Source: the human T2T-CHM13v2.0 reference genome, Homo sapiens. Taken from it: a stretch of DNA of 64,000 nucleotides. Positions 61,601 to 64,000 of this stretch are shown here, piece by piece. Every line of letters starts with the position of its first letter. Position 1 is the stretch's first letter. The position numbers and the translations under genes were made by a program. The notes beneath the pieces are model-generated. The model made no database searches. It was not told where the DNA came from and saw only the letters and a program-made list of their open reading frames with translations. Where the stretch lies: NCBI RefSeq assembly GCF_009914755.1, contig NC_060940.1. One strand, written 5' to 3'.

Positions 61601-64000
61601 CTCGATTCCACTTGACATTGATTCCATTCGATTCCATTCAATGATTCCATTTGATTCCAGTGGATGATGATTGCCATCGATTCCATTCGATCACTCCATT
61701 CTATTCCATTTGATGATGATTACATTCGATTCCATTTGATGATTCCATCTGATTCTATTCGAGGATTCCATTTGATTCCATTCGATGATGATTCCATTCG
61801 AGTCCATTCGATGATTTCATTCGAGTACATCCAATGATTCCATTCGAGTCCATTAGATGATTCCATTTGATTCCATTTGAAAATGATTCTACTAGAGTCC
61901 ATTCAATGACTCCATTCGAGTCCATTCAACAATTCCATTCGACTCCATTCGATGATTCCATTCGATTCCATTTGATGGTTCCATTCGAGTCCATTTAATC
62001 ATTACAGTAGAGTCCATTTGGTGATTCCACTGGATTTCTTTTGATAATGATACCATTCAATTACATTTGATGATGATCCCATTCAATTTCATTTGATGAT
62101 GATTCCATTAGAGTCCATTCGATGATTTCATTCGAGTCCCTTCATTGATTCCATCCGATTTCATTGGATGATGACTCCATTCGAGTCCATTCGATGATTC
62201 CACTCGATTCCATTAGATGATTCCATTGGAGTCCATTTGATTGTTCCATTCGATTCCATTCGATTCCTTTCGAAGATTATTCCATTTGAGTCCATTCGAT
62301 GATGATTCCATTCCATTCCATTCGATGATTCCGTTTGATTCCATTCGATGATTCCCTTCGATTCCTTTCTTTGATGATTCCATTCCATTCCATTCAATGA
62401 TTCCATTCGAATCTATTCCATGATGATTCCTTTCGATTCCATTCGCTGATGTTTCCGTTCAATTCCATTCGATGATGATTCCGTTCGATTCCATTCATTG
62501 AGGATTCCATTTGATTCCATTCAATGATGATTCCATTCTATTCCATTCAATGATTGCATTCAATTCCATTCAATGATTATCCCATTAGAGTAAACTCAAC
62601 GATTCCATTCAATACCATTCGATGATGATTCCTTTTGAGTCCATTCAATGATTTCATTCAAGTCCATTTGATGATTCCTTTCAATTCCATTCTATGATGA
62701 TTCCATTCGAGTCCATTCGATGATTCCATTCGATTGCATTCGATGATTCCATTATATTCCATTCAACGGTGATTCCATTCGAGTCCATTCGATGATTCCA
62801 TTAGAGTACATTTAATGATTGCTTTGTTTTCAATTCGAAGATGATTACATTGGATTCCATTCTATGATACCATTCGATTCCATTCAATGATGATTCCACT
62901 CAAATCCATTGGATGATTCCATTCTTGTCCATTCGGTGATTTCATTAGATTCCATTCGAGGATGATTCCATTCGATTCCATTCGATGATTCCATTCAATT
63001 CCATTCGATGATGATTCCATTCCAGTCCATATGATCATTCCATTTGATTTCATTTGATGATGATTCCATTCGATTCCATTCGACGATTCCATTCTATTCC
63101 ATTCGATGATGATTCCATTCGAGTCCATTCGATCATTCCATTCGAGTCCATTTAATGATTCCATTGGGTTCAATTCAATGATGATTACATTGGATTCCGT
63201 TCTATGATTCCATTCAATTCCGTTCATTGACAATTTGATTCCATTCGATGATGATTCCATTTGAGTTCATTCGATGATTCTATTCGATTCTCTTCGATGG
63301 TGATTCAATTCTATTATATTGGATGATTCCATTCGATTCCATTTGATGTTGATTCAATTCGATTCTATTCGATGATGATTCCATTGGATTTCACTTGATG
63401 ATTCTATTCGATTCCATTCAATGATGATTCACTTCTCGTCCATTGGATGATTCCATTTCATTCCATTCGATGATGATTCCATTCGATTCCATTCGATGAT
63501 TCCATTTGATTCCATGCGACGGTGAGCAATTCGATTCAATTCCATGATGATTCTATTTGATTCAATTAGATGATGTTTCCATTCGAATCCATTCCATGAT
63601 TATTCCATTGGAATCCATTCGGCGATGATTCCATATGAGTCAATTCAATGATGATTCCATATGGGTCCGTTCGATGATAATTCCATTTGATTTCATTCGA
63701 TGCTTCTATTCTATTCCAGTCGATGATGATTCCGTTGGAGTCCATACGATGATTCCATTTGATTTCATTTGATGATGATTCCATTCGATGATGATTACAT
63801 TGGATTCCATTCTATGATTCCATTCAATTCCATTCGTTGATGATTCGATTCCATTCAATGATGATTCCATTTGAGTTCATTCGATGATTCTATTCGATTC
63901 CGTTCGATGGTGATTCAATTCTCTTATATTGGATGATTCCAGTCGATTCCATTTGATGATTATTCCATTGGAGTCCACTTAGTGAATCCTTTGGATTCTA
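58671..64000 (+). repeat. Partial higher-order unit U11 (first 5330 bp), subtype A
   Basis: Anchor at 58671; ORFs fall at exactly U1+58670 (59886, 62161, 63566), so it lacks the +3, -10 and -72 indels. Confidence 0.92.

Larger units (their letters stand above)
1..64000 (+). repeat. Human satellite II (HSat2/HSATII) tandem array, CATTC strand on +; most likely the HSat2B-type ~6.1 kb higher-order array (chr16q11.2-like pericentromeric heterochromatin)
   Basis: Continuous ATTCCATTCG(A/AG)TCCATTCGATG(ATG) 23/26-bp monomers with dense TCGA and GANTC sites and few pure (CATTC)n runs, which is HSat2 rather than HSat3. Exact ~6.1 kb periodicity of rare landmarks and of the ORF track (218, 6327, 12436, 18545, 24654...). 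The family call is strong; subfamily and chromosome are inferred from the unit length. Confidence 0.96.

Noticed and set aside
218-63784. About 140 short minus-strand ORFs rich in MESNGIIEWNR-type peptides
   Set aside because: These are translations of the GAATG strand, which is rich in ATG and poor in stops. They are low complexity, overlap in several frames, recur only because the unit repeats, and show no domain or gene structure.
1-64000. CRISPR-like array or a novel repeat-associated gene system
   Set aside because: There are no unique spacers between repeats and no associated protein genes; all sequence derives from CATTC satellite.
1-64000. HSat3 or alpha satellite identity
   Set aside because: Pure CATTC runs are short and rare while GATGAT and TCGA dominate; no 171-bp alphoid monomers were seen.
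1-64000. Strand inversion or embedded Alu/L1/other insertion
   Set aside because: No GAATG-oriented stretch, poly-A tail or non-satellite segment was seen, and unit lengths are fully accounted for by the five indels.

Overview
The whole 64 kb window is one uninterrupted, single-orientation array of classical human satellite II (HSat2/HSATII): diverged CATTC pentamers built into 23/26-bp monomers (ATTCCATTCGATTCCATTCGATG[ATG], ATTCCATTCGAGTCCATTCGATG). These are organised into a ~6.1 kb higher-order unit, which matches the known ~6.1 kb HSat2B repeat of chromosome 16q11.2 heterochromatin (locus inferred, not shown). Using the anchor GAGTCCAATTGATG...CCGTACG, units start at 1, 6110, 12219, 18328, 24437, 28286, 34326, 40365, 46467, 52569 and 58671. 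Their lengths are 6109 x4, 3849, 6040, 6039, 6102 x3 and one partial unit. All length differences are explained by five indels (+3, -2263, -72, -10, -1 bp). I found no credible genes, RNA genes, transposons or CRISPR; every ORF is a satellite artefact. I found no evidence of a new biological system. The interest lies in array evolution: microhomology-bounded deletions, a recent 6040-bp tandem duplication, two interleaved unit subtypes, mosaic units, and internal paralogy within the unit. All comparisons were made by eye, so variant lists are incomplete.
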